Assembly: GCA_001314905.1 (NCBI GenBank) | Contig: LJZT01000001.1 | Coordinates: 37,074-101,073 of the forward strand | DNA length: 64,000 bases | Source: Phormidium sp. OSCR | GTDB lineage: Bacteria; Cyanobacteriota; Cyanobacteriia; Cyanobacteriales; Geitlerinemataceae | Reading direction: 5' to 3' | Shown: positions 31,580-40,876 of the stretch, in pieces | How the letters are laid out: every line of letters begins with the position of its first letter | Position numbering within the stretch: the stretch's first letter is position 1 | Translations under genes and position numbers: made by a program | The notes under the pieces: generated by a model | What the model was told of the DNA's origin: nothing | Databases searched by the model: none | What the model saw: only the letters and a program-made list of their open reading frames with translations

Positions 31580-31683
31580 ATCCTAGATTTGTGAGTTGTT
31601 CTAAATCGCCGATTTTAAATCACCCGTTTTAAATTCCCCCTTTTAAATCCATGGGTTACCATGGATTTTTGGTTAAGCCAGCC

Positions 31684-32475
31684 ATGTTCTTTTTTCTCTC
31701 AAAACTGCTACCGACCCTCGTGTATCCTCTAGGGTTGGCCTGTTTGTTGATGTTAGTGGCGTTGGTTCTCATCTGGAAACGTCCGGCCTGGGCTAGTGTT
31801 GCGATTCTGGTGGGGTTTGTGGCCTTGATGGCGGGAGGAAATGGTTGGGTGGCGTCGAGTTTGGTGCGATCGCTCGAACGGCAACAACTTCCGCTGGGGG
31901 AACTCCCCCAGGCTGAAGCGATTGTGGTGTTGGGGGGGGCAACGCGATCGCCGACTCCGCCCCGGCCTTGGGTTGAGGTGAATGAAGCGGGCGATCGGCC
32001 CATTTATGCGGCCCGCCTGTTTTTAGAGGGAAAAGCCCCCTGGGTGATTCTCTCGGGAGGGCGCATCAGTTGGACTGGAGAGATTGGTTCTGAGGCTGGG
32101 GATATGGCGCAACTGCTACAGGCCTGGGGAGTCCCGGAATCGGCGCTGTTGCTGGATCATACCTCTCTCAATACCCGTCAGAATGCAGAAAATGTCAAAG
32201 TCATTTTAGAGGACCAGGGGATTGAGGAGATTTTGCTGGTGACTTCGGCCATTCATATGCCGCGATCGCTGCGAGTGTTTGAAAAACTCGGCATTGAGGC
32301 GATTCCGGCCCCAACGGATTTCCTGATTGTTGATAATCCCCGAGGCGAAGGGGACTCGAGTTGGCAGGAGATTGTCCTCAACCTGATTCCTGACGCTCAC
32401 CGTCTGGCGTTGACAACCCGTAGTCTCAAGGAATATCTAGGTTTGTGGGTGTATCAGCTACGAGGTTGGGCCTAA
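31684..32475 (+). CDS. YdcF/DUF218 family membrane protein
   Basis: AIVVLGG, ILSGG, SLNTRQNA, LLVTSAIHMPRS. Confidence 0.88.
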   Translation: MFFFLSKLLPTLVYPLGLACLLMLVALVLIWKRPAWASVAILVGFVALMAGGNGWVASSLVRSLERQQLPLGELPQAEAIVVLGGATRSPTPPRPWVEVNEAGDRPIYAARLFLEGKAPWVILSGGRISWTGEIGSEAGDMAQLLQAWGVPESALLLDHTSLNTRQNAENVKVILEDQGIEEILLVTSAIHMPRSLRVFEKLGIEAIPAPTDFLIVDNPRGEGDSSWQEIVLNLIPDAHRLALTTRSLKEYLGLWVYQLRGWA

Positions 32476-32528
32476 TCCATCCATATAGCAAAAGTTGGTC
32501 TGAATAGGACAAAAAATAGGGTACAAGA

Positions 32529-32617
32529 AGGCAAAAGGCAAGAGGCAAGAGGCAAAAGGCAAGAGGGAACTGGGAACACCGGAACTGGGAACACCGGAAC
32601 TGGGAACAGGCAAGAGG
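32529..32617. repeat. Composite repeat: AGGCAA(A/G) heptamers plus GGAACTGGGAACACC 15-mers
   Basis: Direct reading. Confidence 0.88.
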
Positions 32618-32785
32618 TAGGGGATTCTCTCCCAACTCAGAGTGTCCTAAGCCAATCTTCGATTGCTATAACTCCTGGGGAATTTGGCAAAAATCCTTTA
32701 GGATAGAGGGCATCTCCTGGGCATTTCGCTGGCGATCGCATCCCCTCCCCCCACCAGGAGTTTGTTCTTCTCTCAACAAATCGTT

Positions 32786-33016
32786 ATGTCTGATGGAATC
32801 AACCGCATTGTCTTCATTCCACCGCCAACGATTGATGAACAGATTGAGCGTCATCATGTCACGCGGGAGTTCCACCGGGAAGTCCATTATCGACAAGATT
32901 TTCAGGCCCATTGTCGGTGGTATCGGGAAACGGCAGAACGCCACCGTCAAGAGTTAGAAAAGATGCGAGGCGATATCAATCTTTTTGGCTGGTTTTCCCG
33001 ACGGCGTAGTTCTTAA
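32786..33016 (+). CDS. Small hypothetical protein
   Basis: ATG-started 76-aa ORF filling the intergenic gap; helical charged composition ending INLFGWF. Confidence 0.65.
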   Translation: MSDGINRIVFIPPPTIDEQIERHHVTREFHREVHYRQDFQAHCRWYRETAERHRQELEKMRGDINLFGWFSRRRSS

Positions 33017-33034
33017 ACGTCGATTGAGTTGATC

Positions 33035-33571
33035 TCAATTTTGCATCTCACTAATTTGTAGTTGTGCGCCTCCGCCAGAATCTTCTCCAAACGTTCCTAC
33101 CCAAATATCATATTCCCCAGATTGGGCTGGCTCAAACATCACCTTGGGACTCACTGATCCAGCGAAATCATCGTTGCAATACCAGTTTCCATCGGGACCA
33201 TTGATCAGTAATGTGGTGTCGCCGCCGCCGCTAACCGCGAAGCTGAGGAAGCTGAAGTTACCGGCTTGGTAGTTCACCCGGACATCGGGATTTGAGGCAT
33301 TGATAAAGCCCACACAATCACTGCCTAAATCTAAATTGGAGGCATTGGTTGAGCCTCCGGGCATGACATCGACGGGGTAAGGATCTGGGGTAAAGCCAGC
33401 GGTTAAATCAATCGTTCCATAGAGGGGATTAGCGCCTAAATTTTGGGCGATCGCCGCCGGCGATTGAAGTGCGACAACAGTGAGTCCTAAGCCCAATGTT
33501 CCTAGACCAAAACTTGATTTAAGCCATTTGGGTAGCACAGAAATTAGAGAAACAATTGAATCATGTTTCAT
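33035..33571 (-). CDS. Secreted protein with a PPC-like (pre-peptidase C-terminal-like) beta domain
   Basis: Signal peptide ending AIA-Q; DTTLLINGPDGNWYCNDD and GEYDIWVG; paralog of 56566-57078. Confidence 0.7.
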   Translation of the reverse strand: MKHDSIVSLISVLPKWLKSSFGLGTLGLGLTVVALQSPAAIAQNLGANPLYGTIDLTAGFTPDPYPVDVMPGGSTNASNLDLGSDCVGFINASNPDVRVNYQAGNFSFLSFAVSGGGDTTLLINGPDGNWYCNDDFAGSVSPKVMFEPAQSGEYDIWVGTFGEDSGGGAQLQISEMQN

Positions 33572-33843
33572 GATAATTTACTCAGGGTTTGTTGGGGAAA
33601 TTCGTAAGTAGTCATGATGCTATTTTTAACTTAAATACTTAATGATAACCTTCTCCAAAAGAGTATTTAAGGATAAATAATAAGCATCTATACCTACTAA
33701 GCGTGATGTTTAAGCCTGCCTTGAGTTTAATCGAGGTTTGATTAAACTAGGACTTTAATTCATATTTCTTAACTTGTGGCGATCGCCAACTATAAACTTC
33801 TCCAACCCGCCGGTAAAACGAAGACTGAGCCTAATGATTAGGA

Positions 33844-34440
33844 CTAATGATTCGAACGATTGAATAACGTTGACAGCGTCACATCAGCCAGTTGCTGAAG
33901 GGTATGCGGGTTAGGCTGAACTTTAGCCGTAATGCGTAATCCCTGTAAATTCATGACGAGGTATTGGGCCAACAGACGAAGATCTCCGGGGTGGGTGAGT
34001 TCTCCCTTCTGACGCGATCGCCACAAAACCCGTTCAAACCTCTGTTCAATCGTCTGAAAATACCCAGCAATTTGTTGTGCAATCTCAGCATCTTGAGCCG
34101 ACAATTCAGCAACGGTATTGACTAATAAACAGCCTTTGCGATCGCCGTCCTGTAAACTCCAGTCTACCACCGAAATAAAGAAATTAACCAAAGCCTCCCT
34201 AGATGCATTAGGAGACTCAAGAGGGGCAAAATTATGAGCAATGACCGTGCGATCGTAATGTTCCAGACTCGCTTGAAACAAAGAATGCTTATCCCCAAAC
34301 GTATCATAAAGGCTACCCCGATGAATCCCCATCCTCTCAAGTAGAGTCCGAACTGAGGTTCCTTCATAGCCTTGTTGCCAAAAGGTCAGCATGGCTTTAT
34401 TGAGGACATTCTGCTGATCAAATTCCTTCGGCCTGGCCAT
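33844..34440 (-). CDS. TetR/AcrR family transcriptional regulator
   Basis: MARPKEFD...GYEGTS...GIHRGSLYDTFGDKHSLF HTH; GCLLVN. Confidence 0.93.
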   Translation of the reverse strand: MARPKEFDQQNVLNKAMLTFWQQGYEGTSVRTLLERMGIHRGSLYDTFGDKHSLFQASLEHYDRTVIAHNFAPLESPNASREALVNFFISVVDWSLQDGDRKGCLLVNTVAELSAQDAEIAQQIAGYFQTIEQRFERVLWRSRQKGELTHPGDLRLLAQYLVMNLQGLRITAKVQPNPHTLQQLADVTLSTLFNRSNH

Positions 34441-34461
34441 ACGCTTCAGTCAAATACAAGA

Positions 34462-34489
34462 ATACTGCTGATAGTATAACAAACAGTAT
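34462..34489 (-). promoter_or_regulatory. Candidate TetR auto-operator overlapping a TATACT -10 box
   Basis: ATACT-N6-AGTAT (34462-34477) and ATACTG-N16-CAGTAT (34462-34489) just upstream of the tetR start. Confidence 0.45.
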
Positions 34490-34537
34490 AAAAAACAGCA
34501 GAACAACCCCTAGCCTAACTGCTCGACCCAACTCAAC

Positions 34538-35509
34538 TTAGCCAGCAGACTCTAAAATTTTCACCTGAGCCTCGACTTGTTGTAAAACTTGATTCAAAGC
34601 AGGTAGTACCTCTAAGTGTTTCTGGGACAGACTCGGATGACGTTGACAGGTCTGATGAATTTCTCCGAGTTTCTTCTGCAAAGTTTGAGCAGTTATTAAC
34701 GCTTCCTGGCTTAAATCAATCAATCTTTGTTGCTGATAAAACTTCAACGCCGCGCCCCGTAACACTTGTAAGGTGGCTTCTTCTCCTGCCTCACTCCGCA
34801 TCACCCGCAACCTTAATAAAACTGGGGTGCTTTCATAGGAGCGTTCTAACTCCACTTCTTTTTGTTGACGCACCGGTAACAAGGGAAGACCCATAAAGCG
34901 TTTCAACTCATTAATAACCCCCTGAAATACGGTGACAGGTAAAGCCTTTAAAACCGATTTAGGAACGCCATCTTGACTCCAAAGAATCGTTCCCGATTCA
35001 GCTTCTCGGGCAAAATGTAAGCGTCCAATTCCCCCCATGAGAACTCGTGCTAACAATTCCTGAATCATCTGGGGGGGAGACAGGAGTGCTAATGCAGCCA
35101 CAGGACAGGTTAAATGTCGGGGGGTTAAATTGAGAGAGGGCCAGTCTGGGGGCGGTTGGAATGCGGTAGGTTCACCGGCGTTGCTATCTTGGGCCAATTC
35201 AGTTGGAGTCGCCTGATTGGTGTGATTGAGATAAGCCGTCAATAAGTCCTGATGGTCTTGATTAGCAATACTTTGGGGAACCAGAGAACAGTTGAGATAC
35301 CCCAATAAGGTTCGCAGGTATTCCAACGCCGCTGTGTCATCAGGATTGACCATTCCTAGGTAAATCCGGCTTCCTTCCATAGATAGCGGAATCACTTGGT
35401 GGTACAAGCACACCTCAAAGGGCAAAATCTTGTCGATGGAGTGAAAAATCCAATCGGAGTTCATGGCGAGGGTTTTCAGCATAAATGGACGAGTTTGAGA
35501 AGAACCCAA
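34538..35509 (-). CDS. GspE/PilB N-terminal-domain protein without an ATPase domain
   Basis: ILPFEVCLYHQVIPL...LGMVNPDD (T2SSE_N-like), an N2-like segment ending GEEATLQVL; no Walker A motif. Confidence 0.7.
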   Translation of the reverse strand: MGSSQTRPFMLKTLAMNSDWIFHSIDKILPFEVCLYHQVIPLSMEGSRIYLGMVNPDDTAALEYLRTLLGYLNCSLVPQSIANQDHQDLLTAYLNHTNQATPTELAQDSNAGEPTAFQPPPDWPSLNLTPRHLTCPVAALALLSPPQMIQELLARVLMGGIGRLHFAREAESGTILWSQDGVPKSVLKALPVTVFQGVINELKRFMGLPLLPVRQQKEVELERSYESTPVLLRLRVMRSEAGEEATLQVLRGAALKFYQQQRLIDLSQEALITAQTLQKKLGEIHQTCQRHPSLSQKHLEVLPALNQVLQQVEAQVKILESAG

Positions 35510-35676
35510 ACCTAACTACGATGCAACCCTGATGCATTCATGACAATCGAGACATGACGGTGAACGGGGAACTAAGTAGATGCGTTCTGCTGTTGGCTCA
35601 TTGAGAGCCAGGGTACTCTAAAACTGAGGCGCGAGTAGTTTCATTTTAGTTGAAATTACAGAGATGCGATCGCCGA

Positions 35677-36810
35677 TTACTCCGTAGAATTACGGATTTG
35701 TTGAGCGGCGAGGTAGAGTTTCCCCCATTCACTGGTGATCTGACTGCGTTTAAGATTCAGATGTTGAGCGATCGCCTCGGGGGATTCTCCGGCCTTGAAG
35801 CGATCGAGAATTTCTTGCTCTCGGGCATCAAGACTGTGATAATACTCCTGCCACTGGCTACTCGTGAGTCCGAGTTGATGGTCTTGTAACGAGGTTTTGA
35901 GCCAACTGGCCACCAGTTCCGGAGAATGTTTGAGGCTAAAGACGCGAATGGCGTGATAGCCAACCTTTTCCCGTAAACGGTAAAGCTGTTTGATGGGGAG
36001 ATCAAGATAATCGGCGATCGCCTCTTGACTGTATCCTTGCAGATAGAGTCCCAACCATTGGGCCGCTAGAGGACTCACCTGCTCTTCGAGATATTGAGCA
36101 AATTCGCGGGCGACCATGTCCCGGAGAGTTTGCTGTTCCTCCCAGGCGCGATCGCGGTCATAGTGGTCTAAGGTTTGAGTATCGAGGAGATTAACCCGCT
36201 CTTGATCATGATTGGGGGAAATTTCGACAGACACCAGACGTACCAATTCCTGAGAAGGAACTTGAGTCAATCCTCCTCGTTGGCTACGTCGTAGATAGTT
36301 GACAAAACGATATACCAACAGCGGTTGATTGCGGATGGGACGCAAACAGTATTCCTCTAAACTGGCCAAGACGAGGGCATTTTGCAGATGGCGATCGCCG
36401 CCACAGCGAGTAATGCGACGCATCTCCCCTTGTAGATAGCGATCGCTGTTGAGCATTTCTTGCAAAACTTCCTGCACCACATCGACTACCGTACGACGGC
36501 GATCGCGGCTCAGGGAAACCCAAGCGCGGATTTTGTGACGCAGCAGCACTAAACTCCCGAGACGACGAATTAAATGGCGATAGGCGGACTCCGGTGACAC
36601 CCCCAGATAGCGTTGACAGAGGATGTTATAGCAAAACTCCATCGACTGTTCGAGGACTTGCTGATGAGAAGCCTCTAATTGCTCAAAGTCCTCCCCCTGG
36701 TTCCCCAACAGCCAGCACAAAATCGCCTCTCGTGTTTCCCGAGAGCGTTGTGGATGCTCTGCACTTAGTCGCGATCGCCATTGTTCGACGACCCTTTCCC
36801 ATGTCCTCAT
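35677..36810 (-). CDS. HetZ-related protein (sigma-like/HTH C-terminal regions)
   Basis: LSRDRRRTVVDVVQEVLQE, YLQGYSQEAIADYLDLPIKQLYRLREK. Confidence 0.65.
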   Translation of the reverse strand: MRTWERVVEQWRSRLSAEHPQRSRETREAILCWLLGNQGEDFEQLEASHQQVLEQSMEFCYNILCQRYLGVSPESAYRHLIRRLGSLVLLRHKIRAWVSLSRDRRRTVVDVVQEVLQEMLNSDRYLQGEMRRITRCGGDRHLQNALVLASLEEYCLRPIRNQPLLVYRFVNYLRRSQRGGLTQVPSQELVRLVSVEISPNHDQERVNLLDTQTLDHYDRDRAWEEQQTLRDMVAREFAQYLEEQVSPLAAQWLGLYLQGYSQEAIADYLDLPIKQLYRLREKVGYHAIRVFSLKHSPELVASWLKTSLQDHQLGLTSSQWQEYYHSLDAREQEILDRFKAGESPEAIAQHLNLKRSQITSEWGKLYLAAQQIRNSTE

Positions 36811-36867
36811 GAACCGTCTAATGGGGTGCTGGGATTCGTCTAGGGAATTTTAACAAACGGGGGCAAT

Positions 36868-37623
36868 TTACCCCGGTGTTGTCCGGGCAAACAACGCCGC
36901 AAAATCGCGAGTGGCCAGACCCTCAGGATTAGAAATCACGTCAAAAGCCGTATTGCGAGCCGTCGGTTCCCGCAAAGCCTGAACCACCAATTCAGCCACA
37001 TCAGCGCGAGGAATGGACGGTTTAACGCCCTCGGGAGGCTGGTTCAACAACGTATCGTTATCGCCAACCAATAACTCGCGATCGCCCCCCGGTTCATCCA
37101 ACAGACCCCCGGCCCGAATAATCGTATAGGTCAATCCCGAGTCCATTAGATACTGTTCGGCTTTGCGTTTCCAAATCAAAATATTGCCATTTCCAATGCG
37201 ATTGAGAAAATGATTCTCATCAGTTCCCCCCATCGACCCCACCACGACCACCTGTTGCACACCAACGGCCTTAGCAACATCAATCTGATTGACTTGGCCC
37301 TGATAATCCACGATTTCCGGCTCAGACCCCGGTGCAAACCCCATCTGGGGTCGTTGTCCCGGTTGCGACGGCGGCGCGATGACCTGGGGAACCGCACTGG
37401 TGAGAATCACCAAGCCTTGACAGCCATCCATAGCGGTTTTGAGACTCTGGCGATCGCCGATATCGCCAAACACCAGTCCGTCTGTTGACCCAAATCGCTG
37501 TTGAGCCTTCTCGGGTGAACGAGCCAAGCCGACAGCTACAAACTCCTGAGACTGTTGCAATTTCTCAAATACGAGTGATCCTGTTCGTCCCGTTGCACCG
37601 GTCACTAAAATTCGTTTCATCAT
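36868..37623 (-). CDS. NAD(P)-binding atypical SDR oxidoreductase
   Basis: ILVTGATGRTG, VVVGSMGG, YTIIRAGGL. Confidence 0.9.
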   Translation of the reverse strand: MMKRILVTGATGRTGSLVFEKLQQSQEFVAVGLARSPEKAQQRFGSTDGLVFGDIGDRQSLKTAMDGCQGLVILTSAVPQVIAPPSQPGQRPQMGFAPGSEPEIVDYQGQVNQIDVAKAVGVQQVVVVGSMGGTDENHFLNRIGNGNILIWKRKAEQYLMDSGLTYTIIRAGGLLDEPGGDRELLVGDNDTLLNQPPEGVKPSIPRADVAELVVQALREPTARNTAFDVISNPEGLATRDFAALFARTTPG

Positions 37624-37685
37624 AATATCTCCTTAATTCCCAAAAAAACTCTCCCAAAAAACTCTCCCAAAAACCTGTCTAAGTC

Positions 37686-38645
37686 CTACAGCCAGGGGCG
37701 ACTCGCTTGTTCTAAGCGCGTCCAATCTTCCGGTGAGAGAGTCCAGCCCAAGGCTCCAGCATTTTGTTGAGCCTGTTGGCCATTTTTAGCTCCGGGGATG
37801 GGAATCACCCCTCCTTGGGCGATTAGCCAATTGAGAGCCACCTGGGCCGGGGTTTTATCATACCGTTGTCCGAACTCTCGCAACATCCCCAATAGGGGTT
37901 CAATGCGTTGTAATCCTTTCGCACTGAATTTCGGGTCTATTTTACGCCCGCCGCCGGGGTTGCTGGCGTTTGAGGTATATTTGCCCGTGAGCAAGCCTTG
38001 AGCTAGGGGACTATAGGCTAACAGAACCACCCCTAAGTCTTTGGCGGTGTCGAGAATCCCTTTGGTTTCGATCGCCCGGGATAATAGGGAATACCGAACT
38101 TGATTGACAGCTAGGGGAACTCCCCGACGGGCCAGAATTTGCTGGGCTTGCGTCATCTCATCGGCGGAATAGTTGCTGACTCCAATCGCTTGAATCCGTC
38201 CTCGTTCCACTTCATCGGCCAGGGCGTTGAGGAGGGTTTCCTGGGACATGAAACAGGTGAAGGGCCAATGGACTTGATAGAGGGGAATGCAATCGAGTTG
38301 TAGGCGCTCTAAGCTGGCACTGACAGCATCATAGACGGAGGACTTGAAGATGCGCCAGGGGACGGGTCCGTATTTGGTGGCGATTTGCACGGGGGTTTCG
38401 CTCTGTTGGCTGAATTTCCCCAGGAGTCGTTCTGATTCCCCTTGTCCATAGACTTCAGCGGTATCGAAGAAGGTGACGCCAGCGGCGATCGCGGCCTCGA
38501 AGGCTTCTCGGACTTGGGCTTCACCGTACTCGCTACCATATTGCCAGAAGAAGCGATCGCCCCAGGCCCAGGCCCCAATACCCAGGGGGCGCACTTGGAG
38601 GCCGCGATCGCCTAAGCTCACTGTCTCGTTGATTTGTTCTAGCAT
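37686..38645 (-). CDS. Aldo/keto reductase
   Basis: FFDTAEVYG, IATK, LYQVHWP, IGVSN, IPIPGAK. Confidence 0.93.
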   Translation of the reverse strand: MLEQINETVSLGDRGLQVRPLGIGAWAWGDRFFWQYGSEYGEAQVREAFEAAIAAGVTFFDTAEVYGQGESERLLGKFSQQSETPVQIATKYGPVPWRIFKSSVYDAVSASLERLQLDCIPLYQVHWPFTCFMSQETLLNALADEVERGRIQAIGVSNYSADEMTQAQQILARRGVPLAVNQVRYSLLSRAIETKGILDTAKDLGVVLLAYSPLAQGLLTGKYTSNASNPGGGRKIDPKFSAKGLQRIEPLLGMLREFGQRYDKTPAQVALNWLIAQGGVIPIPGAKNGQQAQQNAGALGWTLSPEDWTRLEQASRPWL

Positions 38646-38713
38646 TTGTTGTTTGAATTCCTTGTTTGGGGGATTGGGGTGAATTGTTGTTTGGTAATCT
38701 ATTCTAATTTGTT

Positions 38714-39526
38714 CTAGCGCTGTTCTTTGCGGACGAGTTGACTGAAGGCCGCTAAGGTTTGGGGGTAGCGATCGCCGGCGACATTTAAGAGGTCATTATG
38801 TCCCGCGCCTTCGACCCAAAATGACTGTTTAGGGTCATTCGCGGCTTCATAGAGGTGTTCTCCATGCCAGAAGGGAATAATCTCATCTTCAGTTCCATGA
38901 ATAATTAGCACAGGACTATACACATCCGCCATTTTGCTGAGATTATCAAACTTATCAAAGGGAAATAATCGCGCTCGTGTCACCACCCGGAAAGTACTGA
39001 CAAAACCACTTTCAACTGCTAAAGCCGCAACCGCTTCTCGGGAGGCTAAATCCACCGAGGGACCACTGCCGACAGAACGTCCATAAACAAGAATATGACT
39101 CGGGGAGATATTCAGAGTTTCGGTGAGATAACGGTAGGCGGCGTTAATATCCCGATAGCTGTTATATTCCGACGGACTCCCCTGACTGGTTCCGTATCCC
39201 TGATAATCGTAGGCGAATACTCCAAAGCCAAAGCTTTGTAACTCCGCCAATCGTGGCAAAATCATTCCCAAATCCTCGGCGTTCCCATGACTGTAGAGAA
39301 TCGTATAATCTGCATTCACTTCGGGGAGGTGAACTGCTGAAATTTGAGTCTTGTCATCAACCGGCAATTTAATGATGGCTTCGCTGTCACTATAGCTGGC
39401 TGGAGGAGGCAGAAAAATCGACCGCTCCGTGCCAAAGTAGGCATAGAGGCAGATGCAGAAGTAGATAAACAGAACAGAAGCAATCATGCGTTTGAGCGAA
39501 AATTCACCGATGAGATATCGTCGCAT
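38714..39526 (-). CDS. Alpha/beta hydrolase (ABHD17-like) with N-terminal TM helix
   Basis: LYSHGNAEDLG, YDYQGYGTS, YGRSVGSG, IHGTEDEII, AGHND. Confidence 0.9.
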   Translation of the reverse strand: MRRYLIGEFSLKRMIASVLFIYFCICLYAYFGTERSIFLPPPASYSDSEAIIKLPVDDKTQISAVHLPEVNADYTILYSHGNAEDLGMILPRLAELQSFGFGVFAYDYQGYGTSQGSPSEYNSYRDINAAYRYLTETLNISPSHILVYGRSVGSGPSVDLASREAVAALAVESGFVSTFRVVTRARLFPFDKFDNLSKMADVYSPVLIIHGTEDEIIPFWHGEHLYEAANDPKQSFWVEGAGHNDLLNVAGDRYPQTLAAFSQLVRKEQR

Positions 39527-39606
39527 TTTAGTATTTTAAAGACCCATCATGTCCTTTTATGTCCTTTTATGTTCTTATTGAAAGACTAATCAAGACTAAA
39601 TCAAGA

Positions 39607-40872
39607 CTAATCATGTCCTTGAATCACGTGTTTGATACGTGTTAGTGCCTCTAGGTTAATGAATCCTCGATAGTAGCCACTTCGATTAGACATCCCTAAA
39701 TAAACGGTGTGATTCGGTTTTGGCAGCCGAGAAAACCGGGGAGAAATGTTGATATAAACTGAAGCACTTTTAACACCCAACGAAAACTGACAACTTTCCG
39801 GGTAGGATTCTGTCACTAAACAATCGGCATGACCGCTACTATATTGGTTAATCCAACGCATTCCATCTTCAAGACTATCGACCCGCTTAAAGGCAATGGT
39901 TTTGGTCAAATAGGCTTGTTGCCACTCGTCGGGTTCTGCCAGTTCTAGATCCTTAAATTCCTCAACGAGGGTCTCATCACCGCGAATTTCAAAGCCTTTA
40001 TCCCGCAATCCATTCCAGAGACTCAGCAGAGATGAGGGTTTTTGTTCCGGGTGAATCAGGACTTTTTCGATCGCATTGACTGGATCGGGTTCACTTTGAT
40101 GACTCTCCCAAATCATCGAGCGAACTAGGTCAAGACTACCACTAGGAGACCAGTAGAGGTAACAGTTGCCGATGGCAGAACGCAGTACAGGAACGGTGGC
40201 TTTTTCCACAATCGGTTGCACTAAACTCTCCCGTCCATGGGGAATGATCAGACTCAGATAACGATCTTGAGTGACCAATTCACGAACAGAGGTTCCGGTA
40301 TCCGAGGGGAGGAGTTCGAGGCAATGATCGGGGAGGTTACTGTCAGCTAGGGCCTCTTGCAAGACATTAACGATCGCGATATTGGAGTGACTGGCTTCAG
40401 TACTGCCTTTTAAGACGAGACTGTTGCCGGTTTTCAGGCACATTCCCGCAGCAATGGCCCCCAGTTCGGGGAAGGCTTCATAGATGAGGGCGATGGCCCC
40501 GAGGGGCATCAGTTGACAGTAAGTTTGAGCTTGTTCAACCTGGAAGGGAGCGTTAATCACCCGCCGAATGGGGTCTGGAAGCTCGCTTAAACAGTGCAGA
40601 ATACTGATGGCCCCTTGGACTCGTTCTGGGGTCAATTTGAGCCAATCCAGGAGCAGTTCCGGGACAGCCATATCGCGACTGGCTTCTAAATCCAGGGTAT
40701 TGGCTTCGAGGATATCACTGGCGCGATCGCTCAGGGCCTCGGCCATTAACCGCAGGGCCTGCGATCGCTCGCTACTGAGAGTCTGTGACAACTCCAGGGA
40801 AGCCTGATGAGCGCGACGGACTGCCGCTAAAGGATTCTCGCTCGTCTCAATCTCAAATGAGTCGTTCGCCAT
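39607..40872 (-). CDS. Gamma-glutamyl phosphate reductase-like protein (divergent ProA paralog)
   Basis: MPLGAIALIYEAFP, KTGNSLVLKG, YSSGHAD; PVNAIE in place of catalytic CNA.E. Confidence 0.85.
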   Translation of the reverse strand: MANDSFEIETSENPLAAVRRAHQASLELSQTLSSERSQALRLMAEALSDRASDILEANTLDLEASRDMAVPELLLDWLKLTPERVQGAISILHCLSELPDPIRRVINAPFQVEQAQTYCQLMPLGAIALIYEAFPELGAIAAGMCLKTGNSLVLKGSTEASHSNIAIVNVLQEALADSNLPDHCLELLPSDTGTSVRELVTQDRYLSLIIPHGRESLVQPIVEKATVPVLRSAIGNCYLYWSPSGSLDLVRSMIWESHQSEPDPVNAIEKVLIHPEQKPSSLLSLWNGLRDKGFEIRGDETLVEEFKDLELAEPDEWQQAYLTKTIAFKRVDSLEDGMRWINQYSSGHADCLVTESYPESCQFSLGVKSASVYINISPRFSRLPKPNHTVYLGMSNRSGYYRGFINLEALTRIKHVIQGHD

Positions 40873-40876
40873 GACG

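Noticed and set aside
33600-33660. Shared promoter motif (AATACTTAAT) between the two PPC-like paralogs
   Set aside because: Short, in AT-rich DNA and in opposite orientation relative to the two genes; could be chance
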